A stretch of DNA of 61,815 nt, the filler included, from Streblomastix strix (lineage: Eukaryota), in assembly GCA_008636045.1 (NCBI GenBank). It is 4 parts of 4 records of this genome, joined end to end, with 100 filler letters (N's around TTAATTAATTAA, not from the genome) between each part and the next. Parts side by side here need not be neighbours in the genome. Positions count along the whole stretch, not along the records: positions 30,988 to 46,352 come from SNRW01000996.1; positions 46,453 to 61,815 come from SNRW01000997.1; 2 more parts are not named here. One strand, given 5' to 3'. Shown here in pieces: positions 37,848 through 50,800 of this stretch. Below the pieces are notes generated by a model, which ran no database searches, was not told the origin of the DNA, and saw only the letters and a program-made list of their open reading frames with translations. Each line of letters starts with the position of its first letter. Positions within the stretch are counted from its first letter, which is position 1. A program made the position numbers and the translations under genes.

Positions 37848-40456
37848 TCAAGCATATTAAATATTCGTCACTCTGGTAGGATCATAGATCACGTATTCTG
37901 GGTAATTGAGGTTCGTATTCATATATTTAGCTGGGAAGAAGACACTATCAAATCCTTATTTCTTGAGTTCTTCTCCAGTTAATTACGGTTCCATCTACTT
38001 CATGATCTTGCAACTTCCAACATCAACTTGGCATTCAAGAATAACTCCTTTTTGATGAGCTTTCCTTTCAGTATCCTCTTTAGTGAGTGCGAAATATATC
38101 CCACCTCCTGCAATGCCACGATTCCCTGGTCTGAATCCAGTCTGTATGATTGATCTTGCAGCTTAAGCTGATGTTTAATGAAACCCTGTAATATTATTAA
38201 TTGGCTTCTATTATTATTCTAATTATTATCTTCTTTATTACTCTTAATAAATTTTTTAATCTTTTTCATGTATAATTCTGTTTTTATAATCTTAATTTTA
38301 TTTTTCTTATTCTTATTACATTTCTATCTATTATTATAATTATTATATTTATTATTATTCTTATTAAATTTTCGTTTCTTAAGCTTATGAATTTCTTCTT
38401 TGTTGTTATATATAAATATTCACTTATTACTCATTTCTTTTTCTTTGCTATTCTTTTTCTTCTTCGATTTATCTTCTTTGTTCTTCTAATGCTTTTCTTC
38501 TTTATTCTTCTTCTTATTTTCTTCTCTATTCTTCTAATTCATTTTTTCTTCTTTACTCAATTTCGTTTTTTTCAATTAATTACATTGTCATTTCAATATT
38601 ATGAAGAAGAAGATCGTATTATTGTTGACAGTTTGCAATGTGACTGTTGATTATATGATTTCTTAATTAAGATGAATCAATTAATATTTAACAATAAGGG
38701 CATAAGATTAATCTTCCTTATTTAATTGCATTTCCACCAAATTGAGAAATTGTCTACTGCTTTATTGTTTATGCTATAGCAAACATATCTTTATACAACT
38801 TTTCCTCTGATGGATGCCACATATGTATGTGATTTGAAATATTTGATGCAAATATCTCATTCTTGCAAAATATACAAAGAACTTTCCCCTATTTATACAG
38901 TCTAGATTCTAATTCATTTAATCTATTTTATTCTTCTTGTTCTAATTTTAATGCAGTTTATCTATTCTCTTCTTCAATTTATCGTTTATATTCTTTATCA
39001 CGAATTATTCTTTATTCTTATTAAAGAATTTTTACTTGGTCTTCTAATGATCTTCTTATTTATTCTTGCTCTTATGATTTTCTTCTTTATCCTTCTTCTT
39101 CTATAGCTTTTCTTCTTTATTCTTATTAAAGCATTTTTACTTGGTCTTCTAATGATTTTCTTATTTATTATTCTTCTTATGTTTTTCTTCTTTATTCTTA
39201 TTAAAGAATTTTTACTTGGTCTTCTAATGATCTTCTTATTTATTCTTGTTCTTATGATTTTCTTATTTATTCTTCTTCCAATGCTTTTCTTTCTAATTCT
39301 TCTTCTAATGCTTTTCTTTCTAATTCTTCTTCTAATGCTTTTCTTCTTAATTCTTCTTCTAATGCTTTTCTTCTTTATTCTTCTTCTAATGCTTTTCTTC
39401 TTTATTCTTCTTCCAATGCTTTTCTTCTTTATTCTTCTTCTAATGCTTTTCTTCTTAATTCTTCTTCTAATGCTTTTCTTCTTAATTCTTCTTCTAATGC
39501 TTTTCTTCTTTATTCTTCTTCTAATGCTTTTCTTTCTAATTCTTCTTCTAATGCTTTTCTTCTTAATTCTTCTTCTAATGCTTTTCTTCTTTATTCTTCT
39601 TCTAATGCTTTTCTTCTTTATTCTTCTTCTAATGCTTTTCTTCTTTATTCTTCTTCTAATGCTTTTCTTCTTTCTTATTCTTCCAATGATTTTCTTTATT
39701 ATTCTTCTTCTTCATCTTTTCTTCTTTATTCTTCTTCTAATGATTTTCTTTATTATTCTTCTTCATCTTTTCTTTTCATTTCTTCTTCTAATGATTTTCT
39801 TTTTTGTTCTTCTTCTTATTATTTTATTTTTTATTCTTCTTCTAACGTTTTTCTTTATTATTCTTCTTCATCTTTTCTTCTTTATTCTTTTTCTAATGCT
39901 TTTCTTATTCATTCTTCTTCTAATGATTTTCTTCTTTCTTATTCTTCTAATGATTTTCTTTATTGTTCTTCTTCTTATGCTTTTCTTCTTTGTTCTAATT
40001 TATCATCGTTATCAAAATTTTGAGTGTTATATTCAATAATATGCTTAGAAAAATCATGTGCATTATGTTTGGCTGTTTGAAATGCAATATGTACATCCTT
40101 TTTCAGAGCTTTTATATTCTGAATAAAATAGAAATAAAAAAGAAAATGTATTTAAATATATAAAAATATAAGAAAATGAAATTAACCTTACTAGTGAAAT
40201 ATTTTACAATGAAATCTTTTGCGTTTTTAGCAACTTACCTGAAAGAATTCTGTTTTGTATCTGAGGTTTAACCTTCCTATTTAAACTAATCAATTTGATT
40301 TTACTCTGCTCTAAACTATGGCTATGTTTGTTGATCTTCACTTAATCTATCAGATACTTAGAAGTTATTCATCTTGAATTGTAAATCAATATGCTCTTAG
40401 GGGTGCGTTTCCGAAGAGCGAAATGCTCGTGCAAAATTACTCAAAGATTAACTCAT
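37848..40456 (-). CDS. Coiled-coil repeat + two C2H2 zinc fingers + C-terminal Gig2/PARP-like ADP-ribosyltransferase domain
   Basis: One intron ~40119-40187; CIFCKNE...HIHMWH and CPYCQIL...HIINSH; C-terminal GFHQTS...GGGIYFA...GFDSV...PEYVIYD giving an H-Y-E triad. Confidence 0.8.
39255..39990 (-). repeat. 27-bp coding tandem repeat (RRKALEEE[Q/L])n
   Basis: Plus-strand unit TTCTTCTTTATTCTTCTTCTAATGCTT repeated near-perfectly ~39270-39670 and degenerately on both sides. Confidence 0.9.
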
Positions 40457-41305
40457 GGCTGAATAGATTTAAATAATAATAAAAAAATTATTAAATATAC
40501 TAGAAAATAATGAATATAAGAAGAAAATTATAAATATAATGAATAATTTAATATGTATAGCTTGAAATTCTTGAATAAAAAATCTGAATTTATAAATTAT
40601 ATTTTGCGGTAACGGAATTTGTAAAAATTAGTACATTTATAATTAATATTATTACAATGACATTTATCAAAATAACTAAAACTTAAAAAAAAAATTTATT
40701 CTTGCAGTCACTTTGCTTTTCTAGGTCACATAATCCTGAACTTTTATTACAAACAGACAAGTACTTTTTGACCTTTTCAGACACTTTATTTTTACATATC
40801 AAATAAAATCTTAGTTGATTTAATTAATAATGTGTTTGAAAGAATTTGAAATGAAAATATTCAAGAATAAAAAACAGCAAAAATAGAATTTTGATTAAAA
40901 CTGTGTAAGATTCCTGTTTATTCTAATTAATTGTTGTACTTATTCTTAATTAGTGTGAAAGAAACAAATTAAATAGAATTTTTGAAAAATGTATTATTTA
41001 AGTCCACATAAATTTTTAATTAAAATTTCATCATCATTTGATCTCAATTGTCGTATAAATTCTGTAATTGCACCAAATAAGCCAATCTATATAAATATAA
41101 TTATATATGTTTACTTAAACATTAAAATCATTTATTCTCTTTTTAATACTAACATCTTCATCTTTTTTATTAATAATCAGGTTATTGAATTGTAAAATCC
41201 AATAACCCTACATTTCATTTCGGATTATGTCACCCACCTTGCATAAGGCGAGCTGACCTCTTTATTGCACATAGGCTCACTCAATGGGGCCCAGATCGCT
41301 CAAAA

Positions 41306-43985
41306 ATGACTGAGTCCCAAGGTTCCGACACGCAAATAAATACGCAAACCGAACTATTAGCTAAAAAAGGTATCGAATACGCATAAAATATGATGGCGAT
41401 GACGCGGGAGCGAGTGAAGCTGCTGTTCGACGCGGAAATACAAGTTATGCTTGCTGAGAGCCCATTTCCCACATCAACATTTACCATACATGAGGAGGAC
41501 TACGAAGCAAAGATGAGGTATCTATGCAGGCGTATATTAGACAACGATATGAAGGCGGCGAGGCGGGAGGACCCGGAAGATTTGTTCGTGAAAAAAGAGA
41601 AAAGGAGCCACGAAACGGAAGATATAAAGCCGCTGCAATCGTAGAAGAGTGCGCGAGGTGAGAATGGAGAGCATGTGTAAAAGACGGTGATCGATTTAGA
41701 GCAGGGGGACGGTGACGAAGGCTGGGATGAGCCCTTCCAACGATTTCCAGATAGGCTGAACGAACCGCGTAAATAGTAAGGTGGAAGGTCAGGAAGGTTG
41801 AATAACAGCTAATAAAGCTAAAGAACACATGACAGGACGCGCTAGAGCCCGGGAAAGCAGATGGCGGAAATTTTGAGCAAGAAAATGGCAGTGCAAGCAG
41901 CATCGTTCAAGCCGCTGGGCTATTCCGATAGAGCATTTATATTTAGAGACCTGGGCAAATTTAGATATGTGGGATCAGATTGGAAGGTGGTAACGCCAAA
42001 GGGCAGGACAAGGCTAGAATAAGGTGATTAATACGCAGATGCGATGACTGGGCTCATAGACGCATAATAGGCTTTGTTGGTTGCAATGGAGAGTGGAATA
42101 GGTGGACATAGTAATATAGAGCAGATAGCGCATGCATATGCAATGCTGTGTGTGGGTGCAAACGCGGTAGCGCAGTTGAGAGAACTGGCAAATGCGCCAA
42201 GAGAGCTGAGGGGAGTAGTGGGAGGTAGTATTCTGCCTGCAGATATATTCTCGGATGATAGTATTGAGAACATCAAAAGGTATCTGGAGCTGAAGAGGGT
42301 GGACTAGATGCATTTTCCATATCAATAAGGGCTGTTTTAATACCCACAATCTCAGATCCAGCAACCGTAGTGGCTGCAGCACTTGTACCAGCCGTTCCAA
42401 CAGTTCTAACCGTTCCAGCCGTTTGGAATGTAGCAAACACCGTATACTGCGAATCAGTTTGGCTATGGAAGAGGAGCAGCAGCAGGAAGAGGCTTCCAAT
42501 CAAGGGGACGCGGGGGAAGAGGAAGGGGAGCTTTTGGCTCCAATTTTATACCATTAGGAGGGTAGTGAGTGAGTGTGGAGTTGAGTGTATAGAGTGGGAG
42601 TAGTGAGGGGATGAATGATAGTGGGGAGTAGGGAGTTTTAAAGAGTGAGAGAAAGAGTGTTGAGGATGAGGAGTCGTTGGGGTGAGGGTTTTAACAGTAC
42701 AATAAACCGTACCCCAACACAAATATGATTGGAGCCCGTTTATTACTTTATAGCAGAGTATACGAAAAAATAAGCATGGACAAAACAATTAAGATTGGAT
42801 GCTGCGCGAGATGGAAAAGCCAAGAGAGCAGGGTAATATTAGCATAGTAGAGAAGAGTAATCTATTTTAGTGGGAACGAGGAATAGGCAGAGTAAATGGA
42901 TCAATTAATAAAGGAAGAATTAGAATAAGGAATAATTAAAGTGATGAATTAATAGGAAATTCTATTGTGGAACAGAACATTTGTAATAAAGAAACCGGGA
43001 GGAGGATTGAGGAGAATAATGGATTGTCGGCCGTTGAATACATAGCTAAAATCCCAACATTTTACAATGAACGATCTGAATAAGGTACTGGAAATGTGGA
43101 AATAAAACGATTGGGCATGCCTGATGGACATCAAATCAGCGTTTAACCATGTAGCAGTAACGGGCGAACTGGAGAAATACCTTGCATTCACACACAGAGG
43201 AATTCATTATACACAAGTGGGAATGCCATTTGGGATCTCGATAGCACCGAGGACGTTCGCAAAGACAATACAGATAGTAATAGATAGGGTGAGGAATAAG
43301 AGCCCAGTTCGTATAATAAATTACGCAGACGACATTCTGTTTCTAATGAAGGATCGGGAATAACTAGAGAAGGAAATATAATGAATAGTAGAGGAGTTTA
43401 AGAAATATGGATGGGTAATTAACGAGAAGAAGAGCAGGCTGAAACCGGAGTAACAGTTTGTATTCCTGGGATGGATGTTCAATTCAATAACAATGAAGAT
43501 TTAATTGACTAGCGAGAAAAGGAAGGAATTGAAAGCACTAGTTTAAAAAACAGATAAAGCTAATAATGGAAGAAAGAATACAAAAGATCAAAAGCGTGGC
43601 AAGTTTGGTTGGTAAGCTTAGGTTTTCCACTCCATAATTCAAACGAGGAGGACTGCATCTATAGCAAATAAACAAATAAATCAGTAAAGCAGCGAGAGTA
43701 TTGGGATGGACAAGCGAGATGATAGTATCAAGGAGATGCCTGACAGAACTATATTGGTGGGTGACATAATTGGAGAACAATAAACCAAGGATGATAGATA
43801 AGAGACAGAGCGAGATAATAATTTAGACAGATGCATCAATAATTGGATGGGGAGCGAGTGTGATTAAGAATAACACAAGGATTAGGAGGATATACGGATA
43901 ATGGGAAGCGAACATGGAGAATTCCAATCTGAGAGAAATACTAGCAATATGTAGATCAATACAATCCCTTAAGGAATATATGGAG
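41306..43985 (+). mobile_element. DIRS-type retrotransposon fragment: gag-like ORF, reverse transcriptase, RNase H (degraded, 3'-truncated)
   Basis: GC/purine-rich island; RT motifs RRIMDCRPLN, MDIKSAFNHV, GMPFGISIAPRTF, YADD (43322-43333); RNase H QTDAS..GWG and SNLREILA; in-frame TGAs. Confidence 0.9.
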
Positions 43986-44759
43986 TTGGCTTTTTTAATT
44001 GAGGAAAAACGGCAAATTTCACGAACTAGAAGATTTGATAATATTTTTAAAGTACATATTATTAGTGTAGAAACAAAATAATGTTCATATGTTTGAAGAA
44101 GTTCTCTTCATGGTTTTATGCAAAAAATCGAATTTTTCTAATTAAAATTAATTCTGCATATGTTCATTAAAATTGCTTGTATTTGTTTTAAATAAATTAG
44201 AATTATTAAATGTTATTTCTTTTTTTTATATTTATATAGTTTCTCATTTGCATACTCCACAAATTTTGCTATTTAAAAATATTATTGGTTTAGAGAGTTT
44301 CAATTAACAAATATTCATTTAAAATATGACACCATAAAATAGTTTAATTATTTCATTAAAATTCTTTATTATATTAATAAAAAAGGTTAAATTTAGCCTA
44401 ATTTTCCAGAATATACATTTTTTGTAATAAAACACTTTTCCTAAGCTAAAATTAGATTTATTTTGTCATTAAATTTAATAATATCAACTAATATTTATAA
44501 TTATGACATAATTATTTACAAATTTTGCAATATTTCAAAACATAACTAAAATTTGATAAATCGATTAAAATGAAATTCTTCATATTCTGAAACAATTGTA
44601 CTATTATTTTTCATCGAACTAATTAAATTAATATTTTCTTACTGATTTTTTATTTTTTTATAGTTCATACAACAAAAATATTACTACTTGTTATAAATTA
44701 ACAAAATTTTTTATTATTTTATTTTATTTTTATTATATTTAATATATTATACAAAATTC

Positions 44760-45276
44760 AATTGAAAATAAAGACTATTTTATGAACTTGAAGATGCATT
44801 ACTTCAAGTGATCAAAAAATTAAATAAATATTTTTTCGATGGTGTATGTTTATCAGTTTTTATTCTAAATTTTATTTTATTTTATTTCTTTTCGTTAAAG
44901 GAAGCTCAATTACGTGGTTATTCACGACTTCTTTAAACATTAATTTGTTTTCTTCGATATGAATGCATATTAATGCAAGAAACTTATAAGTATGCCATTT
45001 TAATCATTTTCTTTATTAGAAATTAATAATATTTTATGATCATAACTTATTATTATTTTTATTTAGTTATTATTCAGCTTACTCGAAGATGAATTAAGAG
45101 ATATATACTCTTAATTCTGAACTCGACGATATAAACAATGAATTAAGATATTATGAATAGAGAGTTGCAGATAGAAAAGCTGCAATTAAAGCTGCAAAGG
45201 AATAAACCGAGACTTAGAATTTTGAACTGGATCGAAGAATCAACTTACCAACACTTTATGATAAAAAAGGTCGCTG
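44760..45276 (+). CDS. Multi-exon hypothetical coiled-coil protein (start not resolved)
   Basis: Exons ELEDALLQVIKKLNKYFFDG / EAQLRGYSRLLQTLICFLRYE / YSKMNQEIYTLNSELDDINNEL...KKGR then TGA, separated by GTATG...AG introns. Confidence 0.45.
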
Positions 45277-45472
45277 ATTGACAGCTAAGAAAAAGAAATT
45301 AATTGCCATAAATTATTTTTATTTTATTTTAAGTTACAATTTTGTATGTGAATAAATTGTGAATGTCTATTAAAAATTGAATGTCTTTAACAACTCTCGA
45401 ATGTAATATAAATTAAAAAAAAATGAATTAACAATCCACCTTTATACTAATATAGTATAAACCTCTTCATTC

Positions 45473-45795
45473 AATAGTTACATCTATCAACCTCTTCCAT
45501 TTCGTTCTATACACCACCTGCTGCATCACCTCCTGTTGATTCAAGTGGAGGAAGATCTGCTGCAATATCTCAAATGTCATCAATTGAAAGTACTAGTTTA
45601 ATCATTCGATATATTCTAGCTGAGAATGATGCTGAATCTTCAAGTGAGAAATCTGATATGAGAAGAGCTGTTTCATATTACATCATATTTAAGTCCTTTA
45701 ATGTAGCATCGGCTGGATTAACACACTTTTTACATAATTCTGCAATGATAGCATTATCCGGATTAGTTTACATTGTTTTCTTTGATTGCATGTAT
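45473..45795 (-). pseudogene. hsp90: Cytosolic Hsp90 C-terminal fragment, degraded
   Basis: YMQSKKTMQTNPDN...KDL...YETALLISDFSLED...RIYRMIKL...DLPPLE...MEEVD; internal TGA; no upstream part recognised. Confidence 0.88.
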
Positions 45796-46352
45796 TAGAA
45801 TAAAGATGTTTGAAAAAAAATGAGTACAAATAATAATAATGGATAATATATCAATATTTAAAAATAATAATATAAAAATTTTAAGAATTGATGCAATAGA
45901 TGGTCTGGAATTTTTCATTTTATTTTTAATAATTTTTAAGATAGCCAAGTAAAATATAAATTTAGTAAAGAATTACATAAAGATTTAAAGTAATGAAAAA
46001 TTAAATTAAATTTGATTATATTAAAAAATATAAATGAGTGAATCGAGCAGGATGTTTGTTTTATTGAAATAAAAACTAAACATTTCGTTTGCTTTATGCG
46101 CTTCACAATTTACAGTATTTAAGTGATAATTAGAATAAAGAGATATAAAAAGATAAAATTAATGTATAAATTTTGTATTATTTATATTAATTAAGAAGTA
46201 GAACTTTCTGAATTTCCATGAGATGTTTCTCCATAACGCTCTATAGGAATTTTTTATTATTTTAAAATTAAATGTATCATGTTGCCTTAAATGTATATTT
46301 ATATGTCATATTTCTGGTTAACGTCGCATCTAAAGCCATTTTGAAAAAAATA

Positions 46353-46452
46353 NNNNNNNNNNNNNNNNNNNNNNNNNNNNNNNNNNNNNNNNNNNNTTAA
46401 TTAATTAANNNNNNNNNNNNNNNNNNNNNNNNNNNNNNNNNNNNNNNNNNNN
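46353..46452. other. Artificial contig linker
   Basis: 44 N + TTAATTAATTAA + 44 N. Confidence 0.98.
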
Positions 46453-47285
46453 CTTCAATAGATGCTGTTATTAGACGTAATGCTTCAACAAGATCTCCAT
46501 TACTCTATGCTTCAACTGCTTATGCCTTTAATTCAGATGCTTTCTCATAATCTGGTTCTTCCTTTGGTTCAGGAATTGGAAGAGCAACATCTTCATCACT
46601 TGGTTCAACTATTGGGAGATTAGGATTTTCAAGAAGAATTGGTTCTTCTTCATCTTCTACTTATTCTTCTTTCTTTTCTTATTATTATTCTTTATATTTT
46701 TCTTTCTTTTCTTCTTCTTTTTCTTTTAATTTTTATTTCTTTTCATGTTCTTATTCTTTAGATTCTTCTTTCTTTTCGTATTCTTTTTCTTTTAATTCTT
46801 CTTTCTTTTCAGTTTCTTTTTCTTTTAATTCTTCTTTCTTTTCAGGTTCTTTTTCTTTTGGTTCTTCTTTCTTTTCAGGTTCTTTTTCTTTTGGTTCTTC
46901 TTTCTATTCAATTTCTTTTTCTTTTGGTTCTTCTTAATCTTTTTTCTATTCATTAGGCAAAGATTATTCAATTTTTATATCCTCTTTTGTTTCAGACTCG
47001 GGTTTCTTAGGTTCTTAAGCAATAAGTGGTTCAGGTACAATATCTAAAAAATAATATTATAAACAAACACATTAAAGATGGCAAGTATACCCTATTGCAA
47101 TTCAGATACTTTATTAACCCACTCTAAAATAAAATAAAGAGAAAATAATATAAAAAAAACAAAAATAATGGTACACTGATGATAAATTCCCTGAAAAAAT
47201 CAAGATTAGGGTGATGAATTAGTTCTGGATTTTTATCGAGTTCTGCAATAAAAAGGCGCAACTCAGCTATCTTGTTTTCTTCCAT
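46453..47285 (-). CDS. ST13: Hsc70-interacting protein (Hip/ST13)-like, 3'-truncated
   Basis: MEENKIAELRLFIAELDKNPELIHHPNLDFFREF (Hip N-terminal dimerisation domain), KEEPKEKEPE repeats, start of a TPR (KASELKAQAVEA...EALRLITASI); two introns. Confidence 0.75.
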
Positions 47286-47873
47286 ATAACTAAACAAAAA
47301 AATGATTAGTAAAAAATAAAATAAAGGCAATCGAATTATGCAAAAAACTGACATTTTGATGAAAATATTTAAAAGTGAGTTTTTCTTGTCGTGTTTTATC
47401 TAAATATTCATTTGTAAGCTTGAATAATTGCAATATAGATACAAAGGACAAATGAGAATTTAATTAGAAAAAATAATGATTTTTGGGCGCTGGAAAATGA
47501 ATTTTAGATTTTGTAAGTGTTTGATTCGCAGTGAATTTAGCAAGAAAAAATACCTCTTATATTCAAAAGAATGCATATTTATTCTTAAAATGTGATATTA
47601 CAATTAGCAAACAAAGTTCGCGGTAAGACAATATTTTTTTTTCAATAAACAGGAATATGTTTTTCAATAGCTATACATTTAAAATTATTTAATTCATTAG
47701 TGATATTTAATTATTTGGTTGAAAAAATACAAGTGTTTAAAATATTTGTACATATTCAAGAGTTTATTATTAATTGTGCTTGATATATCAAGAGATATAT
47801 GTAAAAAGAGCATTTAAATTAAAACAAGACCTATTTGCTATTATTTTGATTGTTTATTTCATTTAATTTCTAT

Positions 47874-50800
47874 TCATACAGATGATTAATTTGAATTTTA
47901 TATCTATTCATCAGTGTTTGTGTTAGTAGATGTGTGAGATGTGTATTAGAATGGTGATGAAAATGATGTTTATTATAAGACTGGTGCATCTTATTATACT
48001 GTATTAATATTGATTTGAGATTGTAATGGTATAGAAGATTAAGTTTATGATTATCCAATTCCATTAATTCCACCCATATTAATTTATTCAGGTAACTCCC
48101 CATTATCTATTGAATCTACTTATTATTAGTTTAAAGAGTTTGTATTTCGAGCTGTTGAAGAAGAAGAAGGTTAAATAGATTGAGAATTTCTTTGTTTTAA
48201 TTATATTTTAGATTTAGATTGTTTTTATGAAGTCTTTTTACCTATTTTTTGATTCAATGTTTTATTATTCTATTAATTAGTCTAACCAACTGGATGAAGA
48301 GGATGAGCTCCACTAATTCCAGTGTCTCCAGATTTTCTTGATGTTTGCCTCCTTTCAAACATTATATCCATTTCATCAAATCTTTTATCATTTAAAGGAT
48401 CAATCATTACTTGTGGACTTGGAGAGAATCCACCATTTGATGACTGTGTTATAAGTGAGGGTAATTAGGCATTAAAAATATTAATATCAGATCCAAGTCT
48501 CTGAGAAATAATTGAAGATTAATTTGAAGTATTTGATATATTTGCATTCATTGCATTAGGAGCGATATTTGGTTAAGATGTTACTCTCCCATATTTAACT
48601 GGAATTTATGTTGATGATCTATTGCTAATTGAATTACCATTCTATTATCCAATATTAGAAAGAATATTTATATTGAGTCCAGATGAATAAGTATATGGCG
48701 ATGGAGTAACTGCAGCCAATACTTAGAATGGAGAGGGTTATTGGGATGTAAGAATAAGCTTCTAAGGTCCAATAATATTTTATTATCCAATTATTGGTTA
48801 TTAAACAATTGAAATTTATACTTAATTATTAGTCTAATTAACTGGTATTTAAGATTGTTGATTATTTGGAGTAGAGCTAGGAAGAGATTTAAAACCAATA
48901 TTTCTATCAATCTGAGGAGATTTAAGCTAATTCATGAATTATCCATGATGTTATTCATCATTTATTTCCTCTTATTAATCTTCAATTCCATCAGAGAGTT
49001 AATTAAAATTGATATTATTGTTATTGCTATCTATTCCATTTAGTGAAACCTTTTCATTCAACCCAACATTATTTGATTGAATATTCATACTAATGTTATT
49101 GGATCCTTAATATCCATTTGTTCCAATACTATTTGCTGCATTTAATGTTTATCCTTATTAAATATTTGATGAATTCAATTATGTTTAAATACCCGAAAAT
49201 TAAACATTGTTGTTAGAAGGAATTTATGAACCAGTGTAGAATTAATTTATAGAATATATTGCATTATGGGATCCTAATTGATTTGGATAATATTCAGATT
49301 AAGATTATGATTATGATTACAATGTTGGCTGATTTTGTTACTATCTTGTAGATATATTATTTAATTATTAATTCTAAGCAGATATTGTAAGTTGTTTTGT
49401 TTGAGAATTAATATTTGAATTGAGAGAAGTCTAAGATATACCATTAAATTATTATATCATTGTATTATATCTTCTTTCATTCCCAACTTCATATCCTGTA
49501 TCTGAAGAATCTTTTAATTTCTTCTTCTTTCTCTGTTTCTACTTCTTCTTCTTGTTTAATAAGGAATTTCCTGATGTAAACTGATTTGCACTATCAATTG
49601 ATCCAAATTAATTATAGAAGGATTAATTTCCATTTAGTTGAGATGAGTTTGAATCTGAAAATGCGCTATCTCCATCTTCTTCAAATGAATATTCATCATT
49701 ATAGTCATCATTAATTAGTGATAAACTATTTCTGGGTTGATCCAGTGTCTAAGGTGTAGATGTTGGCATTGTTGGCATATATTGATTATTAATTCCATTG
49801 TCACTAATTAATTAATTATAATTACTTATTCCTGATTGTTAATTAATGGGAGAAAAGAAGTCAGAATTTGGAGTTGATGAAATAGATTGAGTGTATGTTG
49901 GTTGAATGTTTGATTGCTTTGAGATTGGAGTTGAAGGTTAATTTGATGATAAAGGAAATTATTAAGTAACTTTGTTTATATTTAAATTCTCATTTTTATT
50001 CTCCAAAGTATTAATTCCTTAATGAGGCTAAGTAATATTTTATTATTTAGTGTTAGATGTATGTGATGGTAGTGGGGGCATATAAAAGAATGGAGATACT
50101 TATTAGAAGACTGTTTATGCAGCATCTGGGAGATCTATAAGATCAGGTTGTGCATTCATCATACTCTTCATTCTCATTCCAATTGCAGCTGTTTCTTCAG
50201 CTTCAAGAATTCCACCATTTTCTGTATTCTTTTCACTAACTATATTTAATCCATTCAAATCTTTATTCATTTCAGTATCTCCATTATCATGAGCATGAAG
50301 TGTGTATATATGTTGAGGGTTAATATATGATGTACTATACTCTGTTGCTGTATGAAGTGCACATAGAGCAAGCATTTGCATATCAAGCTGGTGAGAATGA
50401 GGTTATTAAGCACGTATTGTTTCTTCTACAGAATCTTCATATGCTTTCCATGATTATTATATTTAATCGTTATTAATTGTTGTATAAAGTTTTTTAACTA
50501 TTTCAGCTGACTTAACATCATTAGCTGCAAATGGAAAGCGAATTATTGGAACTTGATCAGAAGATGAAGATTCCTATTCAAATAAAGATCCTCTTATATA
50601 TAACGGTTATTATATAAAGTATGACTATGATAAAGGTAGTTATTGTATTGGAGGTTATATTAATGGTTATTGAACTGTAGATGAATGAATATGAGTGTGT
50701 CTATGTCTTTCTGGTTTCTCAGCAAGACATTCATCAATACGATCTTATAGAACTTTAATAATTTATTTGGCACAGTCTATATTAAAAGTAATAATAAATG

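Noticed and set aside
39255..39990. Regular repeat as a possible CRISPR array
   Set aside because: Head-to-tail coding repeat with no unique spacers and no cas genes.
39152..40039. 295-aa hydrophobic plus-strand ORF resembling a membrane protein
   Set aside because: Antisense shadow of the RRKALEEEQ repeat on the minus strand.
41281..43780. Several overlapping minus-strand ORFs
   Set aside because: Shadows of the GC-richer retroelement ORFs; no motifs.
41306..43985. Reverse transcriptase near a variable-domain gene as a possible diversity-generating retroelement
   Set aside because: The RT has gag-like and RNase H neighbours typical of DIRS elements, and I saw no template/variable repeat pair.
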